The position numbers and the translations under genes were made by a program. 64,000 bases of DNA from Nymphaea colorata (lineage: Eukaryota): positions 43,214,001-43,278,000 of the forward strand of contig NC_045138.2 of the NCBI RefSeq assembly GCF_008831285.2, in the 5' to 3' direction. This document shows positions 12,573 through 23,169 of the stretch, one piece after another (positions within the stretch are counted from its first letter, which is position 1; each line of letters opens with the position of its first letter). The notes under the pieces were generated by a model that saw nothing but the letters and a program-made list of their open reading frames with translations, was not told the DNA's origin and did not search any database.

Positions 12573-15309
12573 ATGATATATGTAAAATTCATACCAATTA
12601 TCTTAAGAGGCAATGATTAATCACAATCTCTTATACATCTTCCTTAATCTAAGTTACATCATCATCAACGTTGTCACCTCAACACTTGGCAAATTTTGTG
12701 AATCTATATCACAATACTTATTGTCCTTAACATCGATTCCCAAGAGATCATACAGATCTCCAAGTCTTGTTTTAGTAACATGTCAATCATGTCCAATGAG
12801 ATCTTCTACATAAAAAAAAAAAACTTGTTGTGCTTGAGATGCTAGGGTGCACAGTTCTTCTCCCATATATCTGAACTTGATGCTGATATATGTGAATCTA
12901 AATTTGTCTTGTTTAATCCCATGATCATGTGAACTAAGTATATTGTATCATTCACATTTGAATAACACATACTCTAATGTCTCATTATAGCTAACCTCTA
13001 TAATGTCCATGACTAATTGATAATATGCAACTTCACAAATCACAGGTTCTTAACTCTTATGCCCGAAAAACTAGAAGCATGTACATTAACAAGTACACCA
13101 TTGTTTTGGTATGTCATATTTTTATCATTGTTTCTTATATGAAATCTAAACCCAATAATTGTAAAGCCTTTATATTTGAATGCAAATTTTCCTAGAAATT
13201 GAGACAACCTAACAATGCCTCCTAGTATATGCCAACTTTGATTGTCATGTATTTGGCAAAGCTGTCACATTGAAGATATAACTATTAGATGTAATAGACT
13301 TAATTCAATAAAACAAGGTAACATACTTATAAAATACAGAAACATGCATGATTTTGAAATAAATCTGGAAATGTTCCTTTGTGAACATGTTCAATGTTAT
13401 GAGGGCTTCTAGAGCATTGACATTGAACCAATCTCTAGCAATGCCTATACAGATGCATATAAGTTAATATGCTAATAAAACACACATCTATTGAATCAGT
13501 TAACATATGCATGTGTAATTCATACATTTGCACAAGATATAGCAGCACTATCATATGATTGAATAGTATATAATTGTGCACTTGTTGATGGATTAAGGAG
13601 TTAAGAATAATAAACATTGATGCGCCTAATGGACAACCTGCTCTAATGACATTGGATTTATCATCAAAATCTACGACATTTTCATTGTTTCTTTCTGGCC
13701 TATTGAAACATGTCTCTGTATCTCAAAAATAAAATGTCTGTTTTTTTATTCCATTTCCATAGTAGCATCAAATAAATGTTTGCTTTTTACATCTATGAGT
13801 CGTTGAAAGCTAACGACGATGTCCCATATAACACATTTTTCTGCTTTGCTTCTGTGTGCAACCATGTACATCTATGTAACAAATTGGACAAGCTAGTTTG
13901 CCTTTTGTATAGTATCATATCTTGGAAATTCATTTATAGTCTTCATCAAAGTAACACAGAGTTGAAATTATTCCCTTTTGTGAACATTAAATGTATATGT
14001 CCATCATTCCATAATTTCAATAATTCATCTACAAGTGGTTGAGACATGCATTTATTTTGTGTGTGTTATGGGCAATTGCTCTAGATGTCACTAATGATGA
14101 ATGGACATAAGGTTGCTTCATACATACTCAAGGTGACAGATTGTATGTGACCAAAAAATAGGTTAGATACTATAAGTTGAGCTCAATGTTCCACAGGGAT
14201 TGAAACCATCGCTTGCTAAACCCAGTCAAATATTTCGAGGGCCTGCTGCAAATGAAAAGTGAATTTCATCAAAGCTCTTCCATGCAACACCATTTGCTAG
14301 GTGTCTCAACACTTTTTGAGTTTCATCATGCTATGTCATCTATCGTACAACATCAAACATTATGAAAAATCTCGTCAATCACAGTGTAATTGGAAAGTAA
14401 TGCAAGTCGTCCTAGGTGACTTTTTGCCTTTTCTAGATGCCTTATTGTCAACTTGATGTTCGACTTCTTTCCATTGCAGTCCATCACATCTATCACATGT
14501 ATCTTTTGAGGTAGACTCATTCCTACATAACATGTAGTTATTTGGAGACATCAATTTTCTTGTAATCAAAACCCAAATCTATAAAGTCCTTTTAGGTTCA
14601 TAAACAATATTTGGTAACTGCACTCCTACAAAGAAAGCTTTGAGCAATAGTTCAAATAACATAATGAATCTTGTTGTTCCACCCACTTAGAATCTTTATA
14701 AGAAACAAGTGGACTAGGAAAGCTAATTTTTGCAGATCTTTTGCATCCTACATAAAGCTCCTCTTTTGCATTTCTAATCAATCTTTCATACAAGTTGTCG
14801 TCTTGTCCATCTTCATTAGCACAATTGTTAGGCCTGTTTGAAGCTGGTACATTTTCATGCATGTTAAAGACATCTTCAACCCCTTCATGCATGTCTTCAG
14901 CTTCAGCATCAGCTGGTTGGTTATCTGCAATCGTAGGTGGCAAAATTGATTCCCCATGAAAATGCCAGCAAACATGTCTCCATGAATCCATAGCATACAA
15001 TATTATCAACTGCATCTTTGACAGTTTAAGACCTAAAATTATTGCATTTCATGCAAAGACATCTCATCCTTCCATTGACTATGATATTATTTATTGCATT
15101 TCATACAAAAACATCTCATTCTTTCATTGACTATGGTATTATTGGTAATTAAAAGTCAATAAAATTGTGGAGCCCATTCAAATGTTCTACAAGATCTCTT
15201 CTCTTTGTGATCCAACCTTGACCTCCCATATTCTACTCTTCAACGTAAATACAAAAATCTAAGAATGTGTTAAATACCTATGAGGTCAATTCTATGAATA
15301 GATATTGAA

Positions 15310-15412
<103 letters not shown>

Positions 15413-15666
15413 AAATCCATCCTTCGTTACTCCAAACCCAGCTAAGCAAAATCGCTCAACTGGTGTGGGGCATTCATTTTTTTATTAAAAAAATGAAAAC
15501 AAGACGCTCAAAGCAGAGCATTGAGTGCCGTGGGAGGGGGAGGCATAAAAATAAAAATAAATGATGGGGAGCTGGCGAAGGGTATTGGCAGGGTGGTGGG
15601 AGGTTGCCACCTGACGGAGGTGACAACCTCCCCATCTAATGACCTCCCATTTTTTTCATTCATTTA

Positions 15667-15880
15667 GGATGCGTTTGATGCACAGGGAAGAATTTAACGT
15701 GGAAAATTTACCATGGTAAATTTTTTTGGAAAAAAAAAACAGGATGAAATTTAACCCTCTTCCGATTTGAGGTCATGTTTGATGCACAAGAAGAATTTAA
15801 CCTGGTAATTTTAACCCTGTTTGATACACAATGAAGAATTTAACCTGGTAAATTTAACCATGTTTGATGCACATGATAAA
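15667..15880. repeat. Harbinger subterminal repeat array
   Basis: About four copies of (T/C)GTTTGAT(G/A)CACA..GAAGAATTTAAC(C/G)TGG, each beginning with the TIR core GTTTGAT. Confidence 0.85.
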
Positions 15881-16549
15881 AAATTTAGGAGACTTTTTTT
15901 AGAAATGAAATAAGTTGTATGACAACATTGTGGCCTTTCAAGAAGAACCCAACTCAACAATAAATAAAAAACATCCAAGTGAACTAACATCCAACTTAAC
16001 ATGGTGATGACTTAAATAACACGTTCTGGATATTATTCACAATGTTGTTTGTAACCTGAAAATCGTTGCATATTGGAAACCAACGGCAAATGAGATCAAG
16101 TCTAACTATGTAAGGCGTAAGAATGAGTTTTGAAGTCACATAAGCAGATGCCATCAAAGTCGTTGCATATTGGAAAAATACATAAACAGATGCCATCAAT
16201 GTTGTTTGCATCCCTTTCATACAAGCAATCGATCCAGCCCCATTTGTATATGAAGAAAAATACATTAAATAAACTGTAATGGAAATCCAGCCTATAAACA
16301 AAAGGCTTCACCATGGTGTCAATTTGTGATGCAATTGGTAACAAGTAGTCAACTTGACAATGATTAACTAATATTCATCCAACACTGCAACCTGTATGAA
16401 AGTTTAAAAACATTCACCACAACTTGTTGTCCCATCCAGTACATAAGTTTAACGACTACAGATCCCACAAATAAAACCGTCACAGACTGCAACCTGTATG
16501 AAAGTTTAAAACATTCACCAAATATTGGTGTCCCATCCAGTACATAAGT

Positions 16550-16876
16550 TTAACGAGTACAGATCCAACAAAGAAAACAAGTAGTAACAAAACAAGCAAT
16601 CAAGAAAAGTGGAATGCGAGTCCGTCCATTCGTCTTCATCACTTCTTTCTCTTCCTTTGCGTTGACATCGACAATGTCCAATGGCCTACATAATTGCACA
16701 CTGTATTTGTTGTGGAGATATTCATTCATGTGATATTGAGCTACTTCAAAGGTATGAAATGATCTGAAGAGGGCACCCTTGTATCGATACACTAATGGTT
16801 GGCACTGCTCCCAACTGTTGTATATTCCTCGTGACGTACCTTCGAAGACGACATAGTACTTTTGGTGAGGCATCAT
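16550..16876 (-). CDS. Harbinger-borne 108-aa protein: RNase H1 N-terminal hybrid-binding (Cauli_VI/viroplasmin-like) domain plus C-terminal hydrophobic tail
   Basis: 'KYYVVFEGTSRGIYNSWEQCQPLVYRYKGALFRSFHTFEVA' matches the HBD pattern [FY]Y.V..G...G[IV][YF].[ST]W..C...V..[YF]..A.[YF]..F.[TS]...A. C-terminus is 'IPLFLIACFVTTCFLCWICTR*'. No stops or frameshifts; no RNase H catalytic domain. Expression is not shown. Confidence 0.8.
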   Translation of the reverse strand: MMPHQKYYVVFEGTSRGIYNSWEQCQPLVYRYKGALFRSFHTFEVAQYHMNEYLHNKYSVQLCRPLDIVDVNAKEEKEVMKTNGRTRIPLFLIACFVTTCFLCWICTR

Positions 16877-18130
16877 CTTCGTTCTCCTGTTGAAAACAAA
16901 ACAAATGTTAAACAACCACATGCAACAATGGTAAAGATAGATAAAATAAACTTACTATTCAATTGATAATCTGCAAACATTTGATTTGTTATAGTTGTTC
17001 TCAAGGGATTGTTGCTTCCCCGCTGGAGTGTTTGACTTTCAATTTCCGGTTCGCTTACGACAAAATTATCAATTGAAGGTGCGTCCTCATCACCAAATTG
17101 TTCAGCATTTGGATTGTGGTCAATTATGAAGTTGTGCAATACACATGTAGCAAGAACAATTTGAGCTTGTTTTTTGAATGGATACTGCACTTGCATTTTC
17201 AATATTGGAAAACGTGCTTTCAACATGCCAAAAGCTCTTTCTACTGTATTTCAGAGTGATGAATGCCTATGGTTGAATAATTCTTGTGGAGTTCTAGGTC
17301 TGCGTGCCCCCTGGGTGTCAAATTCTGACATATGATAACGATGTCCTCGATAAGGTGTTAGGAAACCAACAATGTTTGGATAACCCCCATCAGTAAGATA
17401 GTATTTGCCTATAATTGAACACACATTATGTAAACATTTGCACCTTTTTTTAAAAAGTAATGGATTGGTTGGTTGAAGTACGTACCTTTGGGGACCACAA
17501 ATGGATCCACTGGATGATCAAGTGCATTGTATAATACCCTTGAGTCTGTCGCACTTCTTTCCCATCCTGCCAAAACGTAGTGGAATCGACTGTCGAATCC
17601 AACTACAGCCATGACATTTTGCGAAATAAATCCTTTTCTATTATGAAATCTTGATTGCTCTGATGCTGCGACCCATGCAGGTACATGAGTGCCATCAATT
17701 GCTCCTAAACAATCCTAGATCCATATGTGCAAGTTAGTCATGTTGTATGTTGGATGTTGTACGCATTTTGTTTACTTTACAATTATGAAAATACCTGGAA
17801 ATATGGAAAGAATCGCTTCGATCTCTGAATTTTAGTTGGCATGTCATCGTTGGGCCGCTGGACAAAATCCTTACCCATTATACATATTGCTCGTAGTACG
17901 CAACTGACATACTTACTTATTGTTTGTCCAGAATGTTGAAAAGTATTCTGTGTGGCACGATTCCGTTCATTGTGTCCAATTGTCAACAAAAAAAATAGCT
18001 ACTTGTTCTTCTATGCTAATGTCACGAGCATCCTCCAATAATTTTCTACTTCTTAGAGTGTTACATAATGTCTGATATGTGTGTTGATCCATACGGAGTA
18101 AGTTGGTACAATTTCTAGGATGACCGTGAA
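16873..18130 (-). pseudogene. PIF/Harbinger DDE transposase (HARBI1-like), multi-exon, disrupted
   Basis: Motifs 'LLRMDQHTYQTLCNTLR', 'FQHSGQTISKY', 'DCLGAIDGTHV', 'GWERSATDSRVL', 'KYYLTDGGY', 'FNHRHSSL*NTVERAFGMLKARFPIL', 'TCVLHNFI'. GT-AG introns at ~17794-17716, ~17484-17410 and 16955-16887. Lesions: +1 T in a homopolymer (~17990), CGA>TGA at 17251-17253, and a missing N-terminus. Confidence 0.92.
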
Positions 18131-18615
18131 TCGCCAAAGACCTCGGCGAACTCGTCAAAGTATCTCCATAACTAGGGACCTATGTACTTTTTTCTGTTCG
18201 GGTATTTATGAAAAATATCATGTGTTCAAATGAACATGTAGTAAAGACATGTTAGAGATAACCTAATAGTAATATCTCTATAATGTACCTCAATATAGTC
18301 ATTCCATACTTGTGGGTCGACTTCAATACACTTGTTGATTGGGTCATACCCAAACCCGCTTGTATTCAAAATTTCTTTCATGACTGTCAAGTTTGGTTTT
18401 GAGTACTTCAATTTGTTTTTTATTTTCTCTTTACTGAATTCTGGACCGAATTTGTCTATCATGCCTTTTTCAATTACTGTATACGCTTTGGACTTCAATC
18501 CTCCACCAGATTTCATACCAGGGATGCGGGATTGCTCCACAAGAAGTTGGACTAAATAGTCCATTTGCACTTCAGTCCACGTAAGATTCTCCCTCGATGG
18601 ACCGCTGTCTTCCAT
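18128..18615 (-). pseudogene. Harbinger ORF1, Myb/SANT-like DNA-binding protein, truncated
   Basis: 'LTWTEVQMDYLVQLLVEQ...KEKIKNKLK...LNTSGFGYDPINKCIEVDPQVWNDYIE' (Myb_DNA-bind_3-like), donor GAG|GTACAT at 18288. The second exon 'KYPNRKKYIGP*LWRYFDEFAEVFGDS' has a damaged acceptor and a stop, then runs directly into transposase sequence. Confidence 0.88.
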
Positions 18616-20312
18616 GGTAATAATAACTTGGACAATATTTCTTGACAACTAGATATTTGAGTTTGAAGAATCTTGCATAACATGGACCAAGGAAAGACAC
18701 AAATGAATGATCAACAAAAAAAATGGAGGAGCCGTAAAACACATATCATATATGAAGACAATGGAACGAAGGTGATGAACACTCATAACAACATCAACAT
18801 CCAAAATGGAGAATTAACTAAAATAACATCCAGCACAGTGATGAACACTCATATAATACAAACCACTAACCCGCAGGAATTCCAAAATTCATGAATCTCA
18901 TTGACAACATCACTGTAATCACCTTACAATACAAAAGGAGAAACGAAGATTGTTCAGTGCACCCAGAGAAAGAGAAAGAAGGCACTTTTTCTCTTTTACA
19001 AGTCTACACAAGTGGATAAGATGTGAAACGATACACTCTTTTTCCATGTATCTGATTTCTGATATACAAGCAAAAAAGATGTTAACAATGAGCAGCAAAT
19101 GATTGATTGTTACAAAGAGTCAAATATAATCTTAGAAAAAGGAGAGCCACAAAGCTGATGCAGCCATATCCACAAGCGGAAAAAGGAAAACCACATCCAC
19201 GAAAGAGGCAATTACCATAGAACCTATTCATCTACTACGAAGTGAAGTAGCACCCTAAGAACAGTGAGCAAATCAGATTAATGAGGTCTTTTGGAAGGGA
19301 AGTTGTTTCAACACTTCTGCATCAAAGACTTCAAAACAAGGGGGCAGTCAGCTGGTATATCCGGCCGGAGACCAGCCTTCTATGCTCTGCTAAAATCGCA
19401 ACAAAGGGGATTTGAGAAATACCAGAAGTTGAGAAAACGAGGGCAATAGCAACAGCGACGGCGGATCGGAGGAGCGGCGACCGTGGCATTGGCGAATGCT
19501 GCCCTGTCTTCCCTGCCGGTCAGATGCCAGAAATGAATATATTAGGGAAACAAAGAAAGGGAGAAAAGGAGGGCATCGGAGAGCAAGAGAGAAAGGGAGA
19601 AAGAGAGAAAGGGAGATGCCATAGAACCTGTGAGCGACGGTGATTAGGGCACTGATTTGGGAGAAGACGAGGGCATCAGAGTGCAAGAGAGAAAGGGGGA
19701 AAGATCACCGGCAGAGCAGCGGAGCGGCGACGGTGAGTGCGGCGATGGCGACGGTGGGAGCGGCCTCTTGTGCGACAGTGAGAAGGCGACGGGGTCGAGC
19801 GAGGAGGAGCTGCGGGTGGAGGGAGGAAATGAGGGGGAAGGGTGTCGAGCGCGGGGGGAGAGGGCGTCGAGCGAGTGAAATTCCACCGGCTCGAAAGTCC
19901 GAGCTCGGAGCTTGGACTTTCAAGCGGGTGGAATTCCACCCGCTCCCATTTTGCGTTAAACGGGGTCAATTTCACCCTGTTTGATGCAATTTTAGTCGAG
20001 CGGGTGAAATTTCACCTGCCCGTACCATTTTTTCGGAAAAAAAGAACTTCAACCGGGCAATCAAATGCCCCCTTATGAAAAAAAGCGAGAGGAAGGGTGG
20101 CCATCGCCTCCCCCGGGTAGCGACCTACCACAACCCTGCCATCGCAGTCATGACCATCAGTGACGGCAGGGTGGCGGGAGGTCACTGCCCAGGGGATGTG
20201 ACGTTTGCTGCCGCTCAACACTCAGGGCGTCGAGGAGCACTTTTTTTTTTTAGTTTTTAAAGTAAAAAACACAGGCTGTCTTTCTTGGCTGGTAGTTGCA
20301 TCGTAATAGATG

Positions 20313-20388
<76 letters not shown>

Positions 20389-20448
20389 ACACAAATGTTG
20401 GTTACATAAATAACTAACTAATGATTTAAGCATATTCTTAATGATCTG

Positions 20449-20491
<43 letters not shown>

Positions 20492-20492
20492 C
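20313..20492. repeat. Compound microsatellites (CT)n(AT)n and (AC)n(AT)n
   Basis: Directly visible at 20313-20384 and ~20449-20492. Confidence 0.95.
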
Positions 20493-21018
20493 ACCACGTT
20501 TGATGGAAACACAATGTAGGAACTCTAAGGAACTCTAAATCTATGAAACTCAATTGGTTTCCGAAACACTGAAAGAAACAATAGTAAGAAAGGTAGAGCA
20601 TAAAAGAATAGATTGATCATTGACAAATCTAAATTCTTACCAAAAACTTGTTGCACCTAGAGATTAAAAAAAAGGATAGTACATAGACCTTTAACAAGCT
20701 GATATTCCCTAATGCACAATTCTTGTTTGCTGCTTTTTCAATGTATACACATTTATCATTATGAGGCACATATAAGACCCGTAGAATCATCTGAACAATG
20801 ATTGTTCAATGGAAACCTATCTCCCTTGAGTGCTCCTGACCATGATGGAGAGACTTCTATATATACTGAAAAAAAAGGTGAAAAGGAGTTCCTCAATGGA
20901 GAACATCGGTCTTCATGTCTTGCTATGACTGTGATAGGAAAGTGGCCAAATGTCTACCCAAATTAATTTGAAGCATTGTGGTCATGCAAGGCTGCTAAAA
21001 GAAAGTGCTCTATGGAAG

Positions 21019-22155
21019 TAGGCCTGGGCATTGGGTGGGGCTGGGCCAGGCCCGGCCCGACCCTTTTATGAAATGCCGACAACAATTAAATTTCGGGTCG
21101 GGCTGGCCAGCTACTCGGCGTGACTATTAATGGGCCGGGCTGGACCGGGTACTGGGTCTACTCAACCACGTCCAAGGCCCGGCCCATTTTTTTCTCTTCC
21201 TATAGAGGGATACCTGTGGGGAGCTCAACAATGTTCTTTTCTTCGGGTTCTCAGGGTAAGTTGCTCGTAGAAGTTGAAAGAGGCAATGGTATCAAGGGTT
21301 CACACCAACAGGCGTAGCAACAAGTTTTTTGGCATCATCATCATCAGCAGCAGCACAACCACCAACAACAGAAGGCAGCAACCACCAACAACAGAAGGCA
21401 GCAGCAAGAATGCTTTCAACACAGTTTGTGAAGATTAAGGGCTCCAAAATTCCAAATTCAAGAGAAGCAGTGTCAACGGTGAAGACGATGTTGCTACATC
21501 CACTATCCTCCTGATAGCTTGCGCTATGTTCAGATTCTGCAATTTTTTTGGTGTTGTTCCTTCCACAGTGAGCAATTCGTTTTCTTGCTGACAAATTTCA
21601 AACCAAACACCCCTTTGTCAAGTTGCTCTTCTTCTTCGATTTCAAGATCCCAAACATCTATGGCAAAGCAATGAAAACAGAGGTTGGTACCAAAAACTGA
21701 AACGATTGGGTCCCTAGCTTCAGTGTTCCACCAGATGAAGAAATGTTGTAGTGATGGTGGTGATGGCAGACCGGTGGTGCAGCGACGACGTGTTGGGCAT
21801 TGGCGTGCTAAAGTCAAGGGAAACCCTTACGTGTTATCTGTTTTAAAAGCGGTGACAGTGGTAGTGCCGGTGCAGCAACAGTGGCGATGGCAGACCGGGG
21901 ATGCGGCGACCATGACGGCTCAATGGTGTCTCGAAGCTTCGGCCTTCACTCTTGTTTTAATTTCCTAGATGTTCACCTAACGGGCCCCAACGGGCCAGGT
22001 CTTATAACCAGGCCCAGCCTGTTACAATGTTGGGCCGGGCCGAGCCGAGCGCAACGGGCGAAAACCCGATATTGTGATTCCTATACCCAGAGTCGGGCCC
22101 CTACTAGGCCAGGTATCGGGTACCCGCCGGTGACCCGGCCCGGTGCCCAGGCCTA
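21019..22155. mobile_element. Non-autonomous hAT element (1137 bp) with internal captured sequence
   Basis: 12-bp TIR TAGGCCTGGGCA / TGCCCAGGCCTA; 8-bp TSD TATGGAAG (21011-21018) / TATGAAAG (22156-22163); GGCCC/GGGCC-rich subterminal regions; no transposase. Confidence 0.9.
21286..21591 (+). pseudogene. Probable captured fragment of a small uncharacterised plant gene
   Basis: Frame from ATG 21286 reads 'MVSRVHTNRRSNKFFG...NTVCED*GLQNSKFKRSSVNGEDDVATSTILLIACAMFRFC'; the tail recalls small plant proteins ending KFKRSSxNxE(E/D)DxxSSAILLLAC (from memory, unverified). Confidence 0.4.
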
Positions 22156-23169
22156 TATGAAAGAAGGGTAAGCAACCAAAAAACTGAACATTTGGATTAT
22201 GTGCATCTTTCCTTTTTTGTGATTGTAGAATTTTCTCTTATAACTGTTTTTCAGGTCTTTGAAGGACTGTCGAATGAAATAAGTGCCTTTAAGAACATAA
22301 AGAGATCTGGAGTTACTTGGTAAGTATTTTTCAAATAGCAAACTCATTTTGGTGACTGCTTTATATATATGTAGCTGCAAACTACTGTGCTTGAAACAAC
22401 AAAAGGACATATGTCCTTTAAATATCATTAGGGCACCTTAGCATCATGGTAATAAAAAAATGCTAAACTTGATCATTTTCTATAATGGAGGGCAGAAAAG
22501 AAGCAATAAAGGTTCGACCAAAAGAATAAGTGGTGGATTTGGGAAGAGGGTCAAGATTTGAAAAACAATGAGTTAAAGAAGATAATGAAGATCTTTGGGC
22601 ACTATTTTTTGGATACAATCTCCAATCTGGGACCTAACCTGGTTAGAATTTGATTCACCCAGGATAGTTTTTTTTTAATGGATATAAGAAAACGTGGAGA
22701 AAAGGAGCAACCAAAGAGATTGTTATCTTTTAGAATTTGATTCAACCATTTTATATATTTCAGTCATGCTTAATTAAGCCATAGTTGTTCTTAACCTAGT
22801 GTGTTTGTGGCAATTATATATATAAAACTAGAAGAATAATCTTATTTGCAAGTGGATAGCAAAAAAAAAAATCTACTCAAGTAGTCAAAGTACACAAGTA
22901 AGAGAAATCTTGGAGTAAATCATGCACATTATATTCATGATGCAGTGAGAGTCAAACTGCAACAGTTATTGGTATAATGGGGATAAATACCATTCAAAAA
23001 TATGTTAAGATTAACAAAATGAACTTCTTTAATGCATTTTTATTTTGTAAAAAGCTCCTTCTTCTCTCTCTCTCTCTAAATAACAAGCTACATTGTGACT
23101 CGGCAGCTTTTCCAAAAAAAGCAGAAGAAACTGAGACGATGATCACAATCAAACAATGATAAAAGTATA

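Larger units (their letters stand above)
8643..15300 (-). mobile_element. Decayed CACTA (En/Spm) element: TnpD-like transposase remnants (~12700-15100) and ORF2-like coiled-coil exon remnants (~9700-12100)
   Basis: Terminus CACCACAAAAAA at 8643 (CACTACAAAAAA-like) followed by TTACTGAC/GTCAATAA-type subterminal repeats. Minus strand 14160-14310 reads 'LRHLANGVAWKSFDEIHFSFAAGPRNI*LGLASDGFNPCGTLSSTYSI*P' (Transposase_21); 'NGRMRCLCMKCNN' near 15040-15080 fits the transposase-associated domain. The second terminus was not located. Confidence 0.8.
15667..20072 (-). mobile_element. PIF/Harbinger DNA transposon, complete termini, internally deleted, carrying three ORFs
   Basis: TIR GGATGCGTTTGAT vs reverse complement of the right end GGGGGCATTTGAT (10/13); TTA TSD at 15664-15666 and 20073-20075; encodes a Myb/SANT ORF and a DDE_Tnp_4-type transposase. 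Confidence 0.93.

Noticed and set aside
15996..16344. Possible fourth Harbinger ORF (15996..16301, 16102..16344)
   Set aside because: Built from short local repeats in the presumed 3' UTR; no domain signal.
16550..16921. Endogenous caulimovirus as the source of the Cauli_VI-like ORF
   Set aside because: No movement protein, coat protein or caulimoviral RT nearby; the ORF lies inside Harbinger TIRs and is far shorter than P6.
16877..16921. N-terminal extension MWLFNICFVFNRRTK in the ORF track
   Set aside because: Mostly the polypyrimidine tract and acceptor of intron 16955-16887; the first in-exon ATG is at 16876.
19390..20260. Many overlapping ORFs on both strands
   Set aside because: Artefact of the GC-rich, GA-rich Harbinger 5' region; no recognisable domains.
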